NCBI GenBank assembly: GCA_010909165.1
Contig: MU008169.1
Span: 1,736,001-1,800,000, forward strand
Source of the DNA: Anthoceros angustus
Lineage: Eukaryota; Plantae; Anthocerotophyta
Reading direction: 5' to 3'
DNA length: 64,000 bases
Shown: one piece after another, positions 1 through 10,136 of the stretch
Position numbering within the stretch: the stretch's first letter is position 1
How the letters are laid out: every line of letters starts with the position of its first letter
Translations under genes and position numbers: made by a program
The notes under the pieces: model-generated
The model's input: only the letters and a program-made list of their open reading frames with translations
Database searches by the model: none
What the model was told of the DNA's origin: nothing

Positions 1-3000
1 TTCACTGCTTGGTCAAACGCATAGCGTCCCACCTCCACGTTGTTCCACTTTTGACAAGCTCCCAACAGAGTGTGCCACACAGCAGCGCTAGGCAGTACAG
101 GCATTGTCCTTATGACAGTTAGAGCCTCATCCAGTCGGCCTGCACGGCCGAAGAGATCCACCATGCATGCATAGTGCTCCACATCGGGGGTGATGCTGTA
201 GTTTCTACTCATGGCCTCAAAGTACTCTTGCCCCTTTTTCACAAGAGTCCCATGACTGCATACTGTTAGTATACTCAGGAAAGTGATTGCGTCTGGCTGT
301 ATGCCATTGTCTCTCATTCTCTGTACCAAGTCGAAGACCCGTTTACTGTCTCCTTGGGAGCTGTACCCTGCAATTAGTGCACTCCAGGCACCCATGTCCC
401 TGTTGGGCAGCACATCAAAGACGCGCTGTGCATCAACCATGCTCGCACACTTTCCATACATGTTTATCAAACTGCCCGCCACAAAGGCATCCTCTTGAAG
501 CCCTTGTTCTTCAATCTGCGAATGCAACTGCCTTCCCAGGTGCAACGATGCCACACTTGCACATGCCTGAAGGAGGGATACAAATGTCACAGAATCAGGT
601 ACAGCCATGCCTTCGTCTTGCATAGCAATGTACAGATGGAGGGCTTCTTGCCCCATGCTTTCCTGGGAATACCCTGCTATCATGGCATTCCACACCACCA
701 CATTTTTTTCACCAAGAGCATCAAAAACGGTACGAGCGTCTTCTAAGCTGCCACACTTTGCATACATGTTCACCAAACTGCTGGCGACATACACATCAGC
801 TTGAAGCCTTCGCTCTCTAATCTGCACATGAAGCTGCTTCCCCATCTCCAAAGCCGGGGTACCAACAACTGCACATGCCTGTAGGAGGCACACAAATGTC
901 ACAGAATCAGGGGTGACCATGCCTTCTTGTTGCATATCTCCGTAAAGATGAAGGGCCTCCTGCCCCATGCCCTGTTGGGAATATCCTGCCATCAAGGCAT
1001 TCCATGTAACGACATCTTTCTGACCAAGCGTGTCAAACACTCTCTGAGCATCCTCCAAGCTGCCACACTTTGCATACATGTTCACCAAACTGGTGGCCAC
1101 AAAGCCATCAGCTTCATGTCCTTGCGCTCTGATCTGGGCATGCAGCTGCTTTCCCATCTCCAAACCCTGCGTGCCCACAATTGCACAAGCCTGCAAGAGG
1201 CACACAAATGTCACCGAATTGGGTACAGCAACGCCTTCTGCTTGCATAGCCCTGTAGAGACCAAGGGCTTCCTGACCCATACCCTGCTGGGAATATCCTG
1301 CAATTAGAGCGGTCCACGTCACACCCTCTTTCTGAACAAGTCCATCAAACACTCTCTGAGCATCTTTCAAGCTGCCACACTTAGCATACATGTTCACCAA
1401 ACTGCTGGCAACAAACGCATCAGCTTCATGTCCTTGCTCTATAATCTGCGCCTCCATCTGCTTCCCCTTCTCCAAAGCTGGGGTTCCCACACTTGAGCAT
1501 GCCTGCAGGAGGCACACAAATGTCATGGAATCAGGTACAGCCAAGCCATCTGCTAGCATGGCACTGTAAAGCGAAAGGGCTTCCATGCCCATCCCCTGCT
1601 GGGAATACCCTGCTATCATGGCAGTCCACGTCACCACATCTCTTGGCCCAGGTCCATCAAACACTTGCCGAGCACCTTCCACACTGCCACACTTTGCATA
1701 CATGTTCACCAAACTGCTGACAACAAACACATCAGCTTCATAGCCTCCTTCTCGGATCTGGGCATGTAGCTGCTTCCCCTTCTCCAAGGCTGGGACACCC
1801 ACACTTGCACATGCCTGTAGGAGGCACACAAAGGTCATGGAATCGGGTGCAGCCATGCCTTCTTCTTGCATATTGCTGTAAAGACGAAGGGCTTCCTGTC
1901 CCATGCCCTCCTGGGAATACCCTGCTATCAAGGCAGTCCAGGTCACCACATCTTTTTTACCGAGGCCATCAAACACTCTCTGAGCGTCTGCCAAGCTGCC
2001 ACACTTTGCATACATGTTTACCAAGCTGCTTGCGATAAAAACATCAGCTTGATGTCCTCCTCCTCTGATCTGCGCATGAAGCTGCTTTCCCTTCTCCAAA
2101 GCTGGGCTGCCCACACTTGCACACGCTTGCAGGACGCACATGAATGTCACTGAATCTGGTACAGCCCTTCTTTCCTCTTGCATAGCACCGTAAAGACAAA
2201 GGGCGTCCTGCCCCATGCCCAGCTGAGAATATCCTGCAATCATGGCATTCCACGTTACCACATCTTTGTGGCCAAGTCCGTCAAACACTCTCTGAGCATC
2301 TTCCAAGCTGCCGCACTTCATGTACATGTTCACTAAACTACTGGCAACAAACGCCTCAGCTCCATGTCCTCCTTCTCGAATCTGTACATGAAGCTGCCTC
2401 CCCTTCACCAGAGCTGGCCTACCAACAACCGCACATGCCTGCAGGAGGCACACAAATGTCACGGAATCTGGTGCAGCCATGCCTTCTGCTTCCATAGCAC
2501 TGTAAAGACGAAGGGCTTCCTGCCCATTGCCCTGCTGGGAATAACCTTTAATCATGGCATTCCATGTCATAGTATCTTTCCGAACAAGTCCCTCAAACAG
2601 TCTCTGAGCATCGTCCATGTGGCCACACTTTGCGCATGCCTGCAGGAGGCACACAAACGTCACAGAATCAGGTACCGACATGCCGTCACCTAGCATAGCA
2701 CTGTACAGACCAAGGGCTTGCTGCGCCATGCCATGGTGGGAATATCCCCCGATCATGGCATTCCATGTCACCACATCTTTCCGACCAAGTCCATCAAACA
2801 CCCTCCGAGCATCTTCCAAGCTGCCACACTTTGCATACATGCTCACTAAAGTATTGGCAACCAACAAATCACCTTGGTGTCCTCGTTCTCTAATCTGCAC
2901 ATGAAGCTGCTTCCCCATCTCCAAAGCTGGGCAGCCCAAATCTGCACACGCCTGCAACAGGCACACAAACGTCACAGAATCGGGTGCAACCGTGCATCCT

Positions 3001-3770
3001 TCTCGCATCGTGCTAAACAGGCGAAGGGCTTCCTGCCCCATGCCCTGCTGGGTATACCCTGCCATCATGGAATTCCACGTAACCACATCTTTTTTATCAA
3101 GTCCGTCAAACACTCTTCTCGCATCGTCCAAGCTGCCACATTTTGCGTACATGTCCACCAGGCAACTACAAACGAACAAATCAGGCTGAACGCCACTAGC
3201 CACCACATCAGCATGCACCTCCTGCCCAGTTTCTAAGTCTGTTCCCCTCGCACACGCCTGAAGGGCCGCCACGAACACATGGCCATCTGGCTTCACACTT
3301 GAACTGCGCATCTGACGATACAATTGCACGGCCTGCTTGTCTCTCCCGTGCTTAACATGAGCAGAAATTATGGAGGACCACATGAAGGCATCTGGATTCG
3401 GAACCACGGTGAACACATCCATCGCAGCTTGCAATAGCCCATGAGAAGCATACATTCGTAGAATGTGGTTGCACAGGAAGGTGTCTGACTGATAACCCTG
3501 TTTCACCGTGAAAGCATGGACTCGGCGACCCAGTGCAAGATTCTTGTCTGCACACTTCTTCAAGACAGCATAAAAGAGAGATGTGGAAACATTGCAGTCT
3601 GTCTCAACCAAAACTCCCAAAGCCTCAACTGCCTCGTTGAGATGCCCTTCATCACATAGCCTGCTCACGGTTTCAGCTGTCACCCACCTCTCGTATCCTG
3701 CAGGCCTGAGGGATCCAGGACCATCCCACCCGCTCCAATTGCATCTGGATGTACCACGACACATGGCCAT
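1..3770 (-). CDS. PLS-class pentatricopeptide-repeat protein (RNA editing factor type), >1250 aa, 3' end outside the window
   Basis: Minus-strand frame in the same phase at both ends, from ATG 3770 (MAMCRGT...LCDEGHLNEAVEALGVLV) to the edge, and no stop-terminated ORF in this phase in the track. About 11 P-L-S triplets (VTWNAMIAGYSQQG / VTFVCLLQACA / SLVNMYAKCGSL), then P2-L2-S2 and E1 (EHYACMVDLFGRAGRLDEA...VWHTLLGACQKWNNVEVG). Start codon uncertain. Confidence 0.92.
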   Translation of the reverse strand, partial: MAMCRGTSRCNWSGWDGPGSLRPAGYERWVTAETVSRLCDEGHLNEAVEALGVLVETDCNVSTSLFYAVLKKCADKNLALGRRVHAFTVKQGYQSDTFLCNHILRMYASHGLLQAAMDVFTVVPNPDAFMWSSIISAHVKHGRDKQAVQLYRQMRSSSVKPDGHVFVAALQACARGTDLETGQEVHADVVASGVQPDLFVCSCLVDMYAKCGSLDDARRVFDGLDKKDVVTWNSMMAGYTQQGMGQEALRLFSTMREGCTVAPDSVTFVCLLQACADLGCPALEMGKQLHVQIRERGHQGDLLVANTLVSMYAKCGSLEDARRVFDGLGRKDVVTWNAMIGGYSHHGMAQQALGLYSAMLGDGMSVPDSVTFVCLLQACAKCGHMDDAQRLFEGLVRKDTMTWNAMIKGYSQQGNGQEALRLYSAMEAEGMAAPDSVTFVCLLQACAVVGRPALVKGRQLHVQIREGGHGAEAFVASSLVNMYMKCGSLEDAQRVFDGLGHKDVVTWNAMIAGYSQLGMGQDALCLYGAMQEERRAVPDSVTFMCVLQACASVGSPALEKGKQLHAQIRGGGHQADVFIASSLVNMYAKCGSLADAQRVFDGLGKKDVVTWTALIAGYSQEGMGQEALRLYSNMQEEGMAAPDSMTFVCLLQACASVGVPALEKGKQLHAQIREGGYEADVFVVSSLVNMYAKCGSVEGARQVFDGPGPRDVVTWTAMIAGYSQQGMGMEALSLYSAMLADGLAVPDSMTFVCLLQACSSVGTPALEKGKQMEAQIIEQGHEADAFVASSLVNMYAKCGSLKDAQRVFDGLVQKEGVTWTALIAGYSQQGMGQEALGLYRAMQAEGVAVPNSVTFVCLLQACAIVGTQGLEMGKQLHAQIRAQGHEADGFVATSLVNMYAKCGSLEDAQRVFDTLGQKDVVTWNALMAGYSQQGMGQEALHLYGDMQQEGMVTPDSVTFVCLLQACAVVGTPALEMGKQLHVQIRERRLQADVYVASSLVNMYAKCGSLEDARTVFDALGEKNVVVWNAMIAGYSQESMGQEALHLYIAMQDEGMAVPDSVTFVSLLQACASVASLHLGRQLHSQIEEQGLQEDAFVAGSLINMYGKCASMVDAQRVFDVLPNRDMGAWSALIAGYSSQGDSKRVFDLVQRMRDNGIQPDAITFLSILTVCSHGTLVKKGQEYFEAMSRNYSITPDVEHYACMVDLFGRAGRLDEALTVIRTMPVLPSAAVWHTLLGACQKWNNVEVGRYAFDQAV

Positions 3771-3989
3771 ATCCAGCACTGGGACCTTCGCATCCTACCC
3801 GAGCTGCCTCGTAGAAGCTGTTCAGCCAGACGATCAGAAGGAATTTTGCACTTTGGTCGGTCGGACGTTTCCAACTCGACAAAATCATACATATAGTTCC
3901 ACCAACAAACTGTTTGTACGTATGCAGCCTGAGAGACGTCGGGGGAAGCATATACTGTATGGCATCCACACGAAATCCACTTAGCCCAA

Positions 3990-4676
3990 GGAGAGTTGAA
4001 TTTGCTCCCCTAGAAACAAGACAGGGCCCTGTAAGAGGGTTTAGGGTTGGAAGTTCCAGCAGTTCCGACAGGATCACTGCAATGTGATATTTGTGCAGTA
4101 TAGTACCTCCAGTGTCACGTACATGATTGCATGCTGCACCTGACTAATTTCTGTCCCAATTCCAAGCCAGAGGTAGCCTTTCCCTTACCTAGATGGGAAT
4201 CGCGATGCGACAAAAAGGAATGGGATGGGATGGCGGGGGTGGCATTTCCATGCACAGGCCATAGCTAATTCCAGCCTGACTGTACACTTAGCGAGCCGAC
4301 GGCTACATGTAGAGGCCCGACGAGGGGAAAATGGGCTGGCTCTACACGTAGGCCCGAGGGGGGAGGAAATTGGGCTACAATCCAGAGGCCCCGGAAAATT
4401 GGGCTGCAGTGCTGCACGCAGAGGGGGAAAATTGGGCAGCAGGGCTGCAACCCGGAGTGGGGCTATGTACATTGGATTGCATCGTCGCTGGCCTCGACAG
4501 TGCCTAGATGCAGGAATGCCGATGCGTACCTGTATCTGCCAGATTATGTCTAATTGCCGATCTCCCAAGCTGGGCAAGGTGGGGTATATGCAATTCCTTC
4601 CTTCCTTCTTTTCCTTCTTGCTGATATGTAAGCCTCCCAATGCAAACCTAAATCTGAGGTTCTGAACATCTTCTCC
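3990..4676 (-). promoter_or_regulatory. Promoter and spliced 5' leader of PPR gene 1
   Basis: Several site II-like TGGGCY motifs (4330-4440), telo-box-like ACCCTAAACCCT (~4036-4048), leader intron with donor GTAAGG (~4188) and acceptor TTGCAG (~4078). All are conserved in the inverted copy at 35402-36080. Confidence 0.6.
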
Positions 4677-4744
4677 AGTACCATGGTCCTTATCAGTGAG
4701 ACACGTTGTGGTTGCACACGAAAGCGTCTGATTGATAACCTCTA

Positions 4745-4890
4745 GAGGGAAAATGGGCTCTACATGTAGGTCGGAGGGGGGGATTAGGCTGCACCCAGAG
4801 GCCCCAGAAAATTGGGCTGCAGTGCTGCACGCAGAGGGAGAAAATTGGGCAGCAGGACTGCACCCGAAGAGAGGGGCCATGGTCTGCACC
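4745..4890. repeat. Local direct duplicate of 4325-4470 (site II-rich block)
   Basis: Shared text aaaatgggctctacatgtagg...aaattgggctgcagtgctgcacgcagagggg..aaattgggcagcagg. Confidence 0.8.
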
Positions 4891-5153
4891 GTCCTGACGT
4901 ATTGACAACTTGTACCATGGTGTGCCTAAGCCACTAGCACTGAGGGCATCCACCCCCTCTAGGCACCCAATCTAAGTATCGATAGAAGCACCCCATCTAA
5001 GTATTGTTGGAAGCGTACAAGGCTTAACAACTGCGTTCGAGAAGAAGAAGAGTCTATTATATAATTCACTTGAACCAATTTTCTTCTCATGGGACTTAAT
5101 ATTTTCATGTCATGGACTTGGTACTAAACAACTCGTACCATGGTGTGCCTAAG

Positions 5154-5348
5154 CTACTTGCACCCATCCACTCCCTCTAGACACCCCATTTAAGTACCAA
5201 TCTACTTGCACCCATCCACTCCCTCTAGACACCCCATTCAAGTGCCAATCTACTTGCACCCATCCACTCCCTCTTGGCACTCCATCGAAGTACCAATCTA
5301 CTCGCACCCATTCACTCCCTCTAGGCACCCTATCTAAGTACCAATCTA
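5154..5348. repeat. 48-bp minisatellite, 4 copies, with partial copies at ~4950 and ~5505
   Basis: Unit ctacttgcacccatccactccctctagacaccccatttaagtaccaat starting at 5154, 5202, 5250 and 5298. Confidence 0.9.
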
Positions 5349-6700
5349 AGCGTTGAATTAGAATGCTTAACAACCACATTCATATGAAGAAGAAGAAGTC
5401 TATTGTAGTCCAGTTGGACAGAATTCTCGTATTTGGGACTTGGTACATGGGACTTGGTACTTAACAACTTGTACCATGGTGTACTAAACTAATTGTACCA
5501 TGGGCATCCACTCCCTCTAGGCACCTCATCTCTAAGTACCCATCTAAGCGCAGGATGTGTCCATTTGGACTAAGATACTTAAGCATGCCTTTCACTAAAG
5601 GCTATGTATTCTTGACTAGGGCTTTGCAAGACCGTGCTTATCTTATGGGGTTTGGTTAATACAGCAAAAGGGAGAAATAGAAGTGGCAGATATAGCTTTA
5701 GAGACCTTTGATGGATGCGGGAAGGGCTGTTGGTATTTGTCAAGTTTTGGAAGTACCCTGTGGAGTTTGTATCGCTGCTTCTGTCTTCAAGATTGGAAGA
5801 ACTCTATAGGAGATTACCACATCACTACAAGAGACAGATTCACAAATGACTACAGCGATCCCATGCTCCGAAAGTTTGAAAAGGCGTGTGAGGATGTCAA
5901 TGCCCTTTGAGAAGAGCTTCCTCTTTACACTCTCTAGTCAGATCCAGAAATTGGTGGATTTTCAATGCACAAGCGTGCAAACAGGTAGATTGTCTATCTG
6001 TTGATTTTGTATACAAGCAGCCTGCAGCCGATTCAAAGACTATGATGGACGTGACTAGATCTAGATGGATGTAGAGAAACGTTCCCTGCTCGGCCCCCAG
6101 TCACCATGTTATGCAACAAGAAAGCATCCCAACATATTCCTAGCTGGAATGGACTATGGCGAGAACATTCCAAAGTCTTCTCGCCATATAATATACAGAT
6201 CTACTGAACGATGAGAGAGTCGTTGAGGCGATGATATTGCACTATAGAGCCAGTTGATGAGAATCATTGAGGCTACACTCTCGCCGTGGAGCAACACCCG
6301 CATGCTTTGTATGATGGATATGGGGGATTTCTCATCTTGAAGATATCACACAAGGGAAACCAAGTTATGGCAGGGACTGTCTGAACCATCAAACAATTCT
6401 ACATGCTTTGGTATTATCCGTGTGTAGGTTTCTGATGTCCTGAAAAGTCACCTTGGACAACAATCGAAGCAACAGAGATCATCGTCAACCTCACCTATTC
6501 AAACCTCAAGCACGTTCTCTTTCCCTATTCTTAATGCTCTCGAGTCATTCTGAGAATCTCATGGCTCCACAATCTATTCCATTGTGTGGCAACTTGACAT
6601 TTGAACTCTAGTTGGTCTATGAGGTTCGAGTTTCTGTTTTAGGTTGAAATTGTGTCCTCGGCAACTTATCTACAAACGGGGTGATGGCGAAGTTGCTCGC

Positions 6701-6792
6701 ACCTAGGTCCCCTAGGTAACTAGGGACTCTAGGTTCTAGAGTTGCTAGTACCTAGGTCCCCTAAGTAACTAGGGACCCTAGGTTCCAGAGTT
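6701..6792. repeat. Two tandem copies of a ~49-bp self-complementary unit
   Basis: acctaggtcccctaggtaactagggactctaggttctagagtt x2; each unit is an imperfect hairpin. Confidence 0.75.
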
Positions 6793-6859
6793 CGAATCTC
6801 TCTCACCGCATGGCTAGTACATTTAAGCAACAACCATATTCTTTTGATTCTGGATGAGC

Positions 6860-7060
6860 TTTTTTCAACATCTTACTCCGACAATAACTTGGAACTAAGG
6901 TATGACATGAACGGCAGGAGACTATTTTTTCAACATCATCTTCTTACTCCGACAACAACTTGGAAAGTAGGTATGACATGAACGCCAATTGACTATTTTT
7001 TCAACATCATCTTCTTACTCCGATAACAACTTGGAACATAGGTATGACCTGAAGGCTAGG
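6860..7060. repeat. ~65-70 bp tandem repeat, about 3 copies, in an AT-rich TE-decay region
   Basis: ttttttcaacatc(atc)ttcttactccgacaacaacttggaa..aggtatgacatgaac repeated. Confidence 0.75.
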
Positions 7061-8415
7061 TGACTATATATTGGAATGGAATGTTTACCCGAACAATGAA
7101 ATACATTGAGATGGAGTGCTACGAACAATAAAGCTTTTAAGAATCAAAGACCTATGTAAAAGTATCTTTTAAAGATTATATATTACTAAAAAAATTACAA
7201 TCTTTTGGCTTAAGAATCAAAGATTTTTGTAAAAGTGTCTTTTAAAAAATACATATTACAAAAATTTATAATCTTTTGGCTTACTCGAGCTCTTGATTCC
7301 AGATGTTCTTTTTCTTGAATATCTTCTTATTGCGACAACTTGGAACATAGTGATAACATGAAAGCCTTAGGAGCATGTGACTATTGGGATGGAGTGTTTA
7401 CCCGAACAATGAAATTCATTGGGAAGGAGTGTTCACCCCAACAATGAAGCTTTTAAGAGTCCAAGGACCTACGTAAAAGCTTTTTTTTTAAATATATTAC
7501 AAAAAAATATAATCTTTTGGTTTACTCGAACTGCTGCTCTTGCATAATAAATTTTCATTTATGTTATTTGCAGGTCCATATGCTCCCTTGGTTCTTATAG
7601 GTGAGAGTTGTTGAGGTTCTAAATTGGTCTTTCGATATATATATCTTTGGAATTAAAGGGAGCAAGAAGCCTCATTGTCCCTTGCTTACTTTGTACCTCG
7701 TGTTCTCTTGTTTGGGGAGGAACCTTGGTGGATATGCTCGCTTGATTCTTGTAGGTGACAGTTGTTGAGCCTTGGATCAGTCTTCCTAATGTATCTTTAT
7801 GATTAAGGGGAGCGAGAATCCTCGTCATCCTTTTGCCCACTTTATACTTCATGTCCTCTTGCTTGGGGATAACTCTTCTCATCTCTTTTCCTACTTTGTG
7901 CTTTTTGTCCTCTTGCTTGGGCTGCTGTCCAAGCCTTTATTTGCTCTCCTTTGTGATCCATTTTGGTATTTTGTATTTCTTGTTTTTGGATTGTTGTCTT
8001 TTCTGGAAAGCATTCTACGTTCAAATCCATGGCTCTTTGAATTTCTTGTCTCCTTGTTTGGATTGTTGTCTTTTGAGGAAAGCATTTTGAGAATGAGTCC
8101 ATGGCGTGTGAAGAACGTTGATTTCTCATGCCTTTCACATTGTTGCTTTGTGCACTTTGGTCGCCATGTACACTAAATATAATATGGTCTATGTATAACA
8201 AAAATGAAATAGGGTCCATGTATGACATTGTGAAGAACAATATAGAAAAGAAATTAAATAGTCATATACATATTATCGACTATTAAACTATAATTTTAAA
8301 TAATAATATTATAAGTAACATCTTTGGTACCATGCATTATAGACACCTCCTACATGTTATGCATGAGATTCATGAGATTATTTTTGTTCAAGACATGACA
8401 GGGACAGGGATGCAC

Positions 8416-8510
8416 AGCCTAATCGTATAGAAGGAAAGTCGATGGGGAATGTTATTTATAAGCAGCCTAATCGTATAGAAGGAAAGTCGATGGGGAATGT
8501 TATTTATAAG
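8416..8510. repeat. 48-bp perfect tandem duplication
   Basis: cagcctaatcgtatagaaggaaagtcgatggggaatgttatttataag x2. Confidence 0.85.
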
Positions 8511-10136
8511 ATGTTTTTCAAGGAACCTATTCAGGACATAGCAGAAACTAATAACTTAATAGTGGAGAAAGAAAGTAGATGAAGAATGTTCTTTGTTTTC
8601 AAAAAAACTCATTCAAGACAAAGAATATTTGAAAAATGTATTAACGGAATGAAGCCTTTTTACCTACACGTTATTGCAAACACTTGAGAGATGGATTGGA
8701 GTTCTTTGTTGAGGAAACGAGATGATGGGGAGAGCCCATCCAGCAGAGGACATCAAAGAGAGACCTCCAAGGGCCACGCTAAAAAGAAGCCACAACTTGT
8801 GACGAGATGCATCAATGCGAGAGCGGCCTATTTGGAGCCTAATAGTGTATGTCATAAGTTGTAAGTGATGAATGTATTCTTAACCGTGAAACTCTCTAGT
8901 TCAAGAGTGACTACAAGTACATCAATGCTTAGCAGTGGCACTTGTTACTATTTGTCAAGTCTGCACTCCCCACTATATTGGGCACTGTAGAGTTTGGTGT
9001 TGAAGTGAACGTTTTGTATACTGTTATGGAGTATATAGGATTGAGGGTTCAGAGTTCATGGATTAAGTAAATATTGTGAAGTTCTCTAGTTCAAGAGTGA
9101 GCACAACTGCTTATTTCATACTTGTTCACCGTTATGAGTCCTTGTTGCTGTACTAGGGAATGCTATTTTCCAAGAAAAAGTGAAATCCATGGTAGAAGAC
9201 CTTCCTTAAGTTAAATGAATTATATAGCAACCATTTCCAATAAAACCGTATTTATACCAAATTACACAACAAGCAATCAGAAAATATATTCTTCTATGTA
9301 ACCTTTTAGGGCCTTTTTGTGGGATTTTCCCTTCCATCTTGCTCTGGATGGTCCCCCATCATGGTCTGGTGCCCTCTAAGGGTTGTTCCCCTTGTCTTGG
9401 AGTGGATGGGTTTTCTATCTCTTTTTCATAATAAAGTCTCCACCTCTAGATGAGACTTCTCATGTTTGTTTTTCTATGAAGTCTCCAACTTCTTTCTATA
9501 ATCAAAAAATAATAATATTAAAATTATGTTTATTTATATATTATTTATGCTCAAACACTCAATGACAAACCAATATAGGCACGTGCCAAACAACAAGGTA
9601 GACCCCACCCTTTGTGTCCTCGCAGTACAAACATATGTACATAATTTAACTCGTGGGTTTTGAGATGCTAGTACTCCCGAGAATGAAGAAACTACGGTAC
9701 TATATATGTACATACATATGTAGGTGAATGTGGAAGCTACAGTAAGTGCATACGTAGATCCGAAGGCTGTGAAATGATCCCCTTGGACGCCATGCGAACA
9801 GTGTGTGTAAACTTTGTGGGACCCACAAGTACATTGCGCACAAAGCGATGACCTATGAGGAGTGGCGTTTTCATTAGTTCCCCTTCAGAGGCCGTGTCTC
9901 GTGGCGACCGGAACATACGTATAAATAGGGAAAACCCTGAGGCAGTCCAGGAAACCCTGGTACGAGGATTCGCGCATTCGCTGCAAAGTGCGAGGCCTGG
10001 GCTGGGCTGGGCTTTGCTGCGCTCCGCTCGGCTGGGCTGGCCACGCTGATTTGAGCCTTTTCTCGATCGCATCCTCCGCATTCAGCTGTGTGCGGGTGGA
10101 TGAGGTGTGTCCGCCTGCCTGCCTGCCTGATGCAGA

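Noticed and set aside
283-3236. Many plus-strand ORFs over PPR gene 1 (likewise 36471-40716 over PPR gene 2)
   Set aside because: Antisense shadows of repetitive PPR coding sequence
5149-5379. ORF with repeated DWYLNGVSRGSGWVQV
   Set aside because: By-product of a 48-bp (multiple of 3) minisatellite
5823-5834. CACTACAAGAGA as a CACTA terminus; also CACTAC at 20311 paired with GTAGTG at ~35357
   Set aside because: No matching partner TIR or 3-bp TSD found
7619-8240. Hydrophobic or Lys-rich ORFs
   Set aside because: Low-complexity, internally repeated TE-like sequence with no recognisable domain
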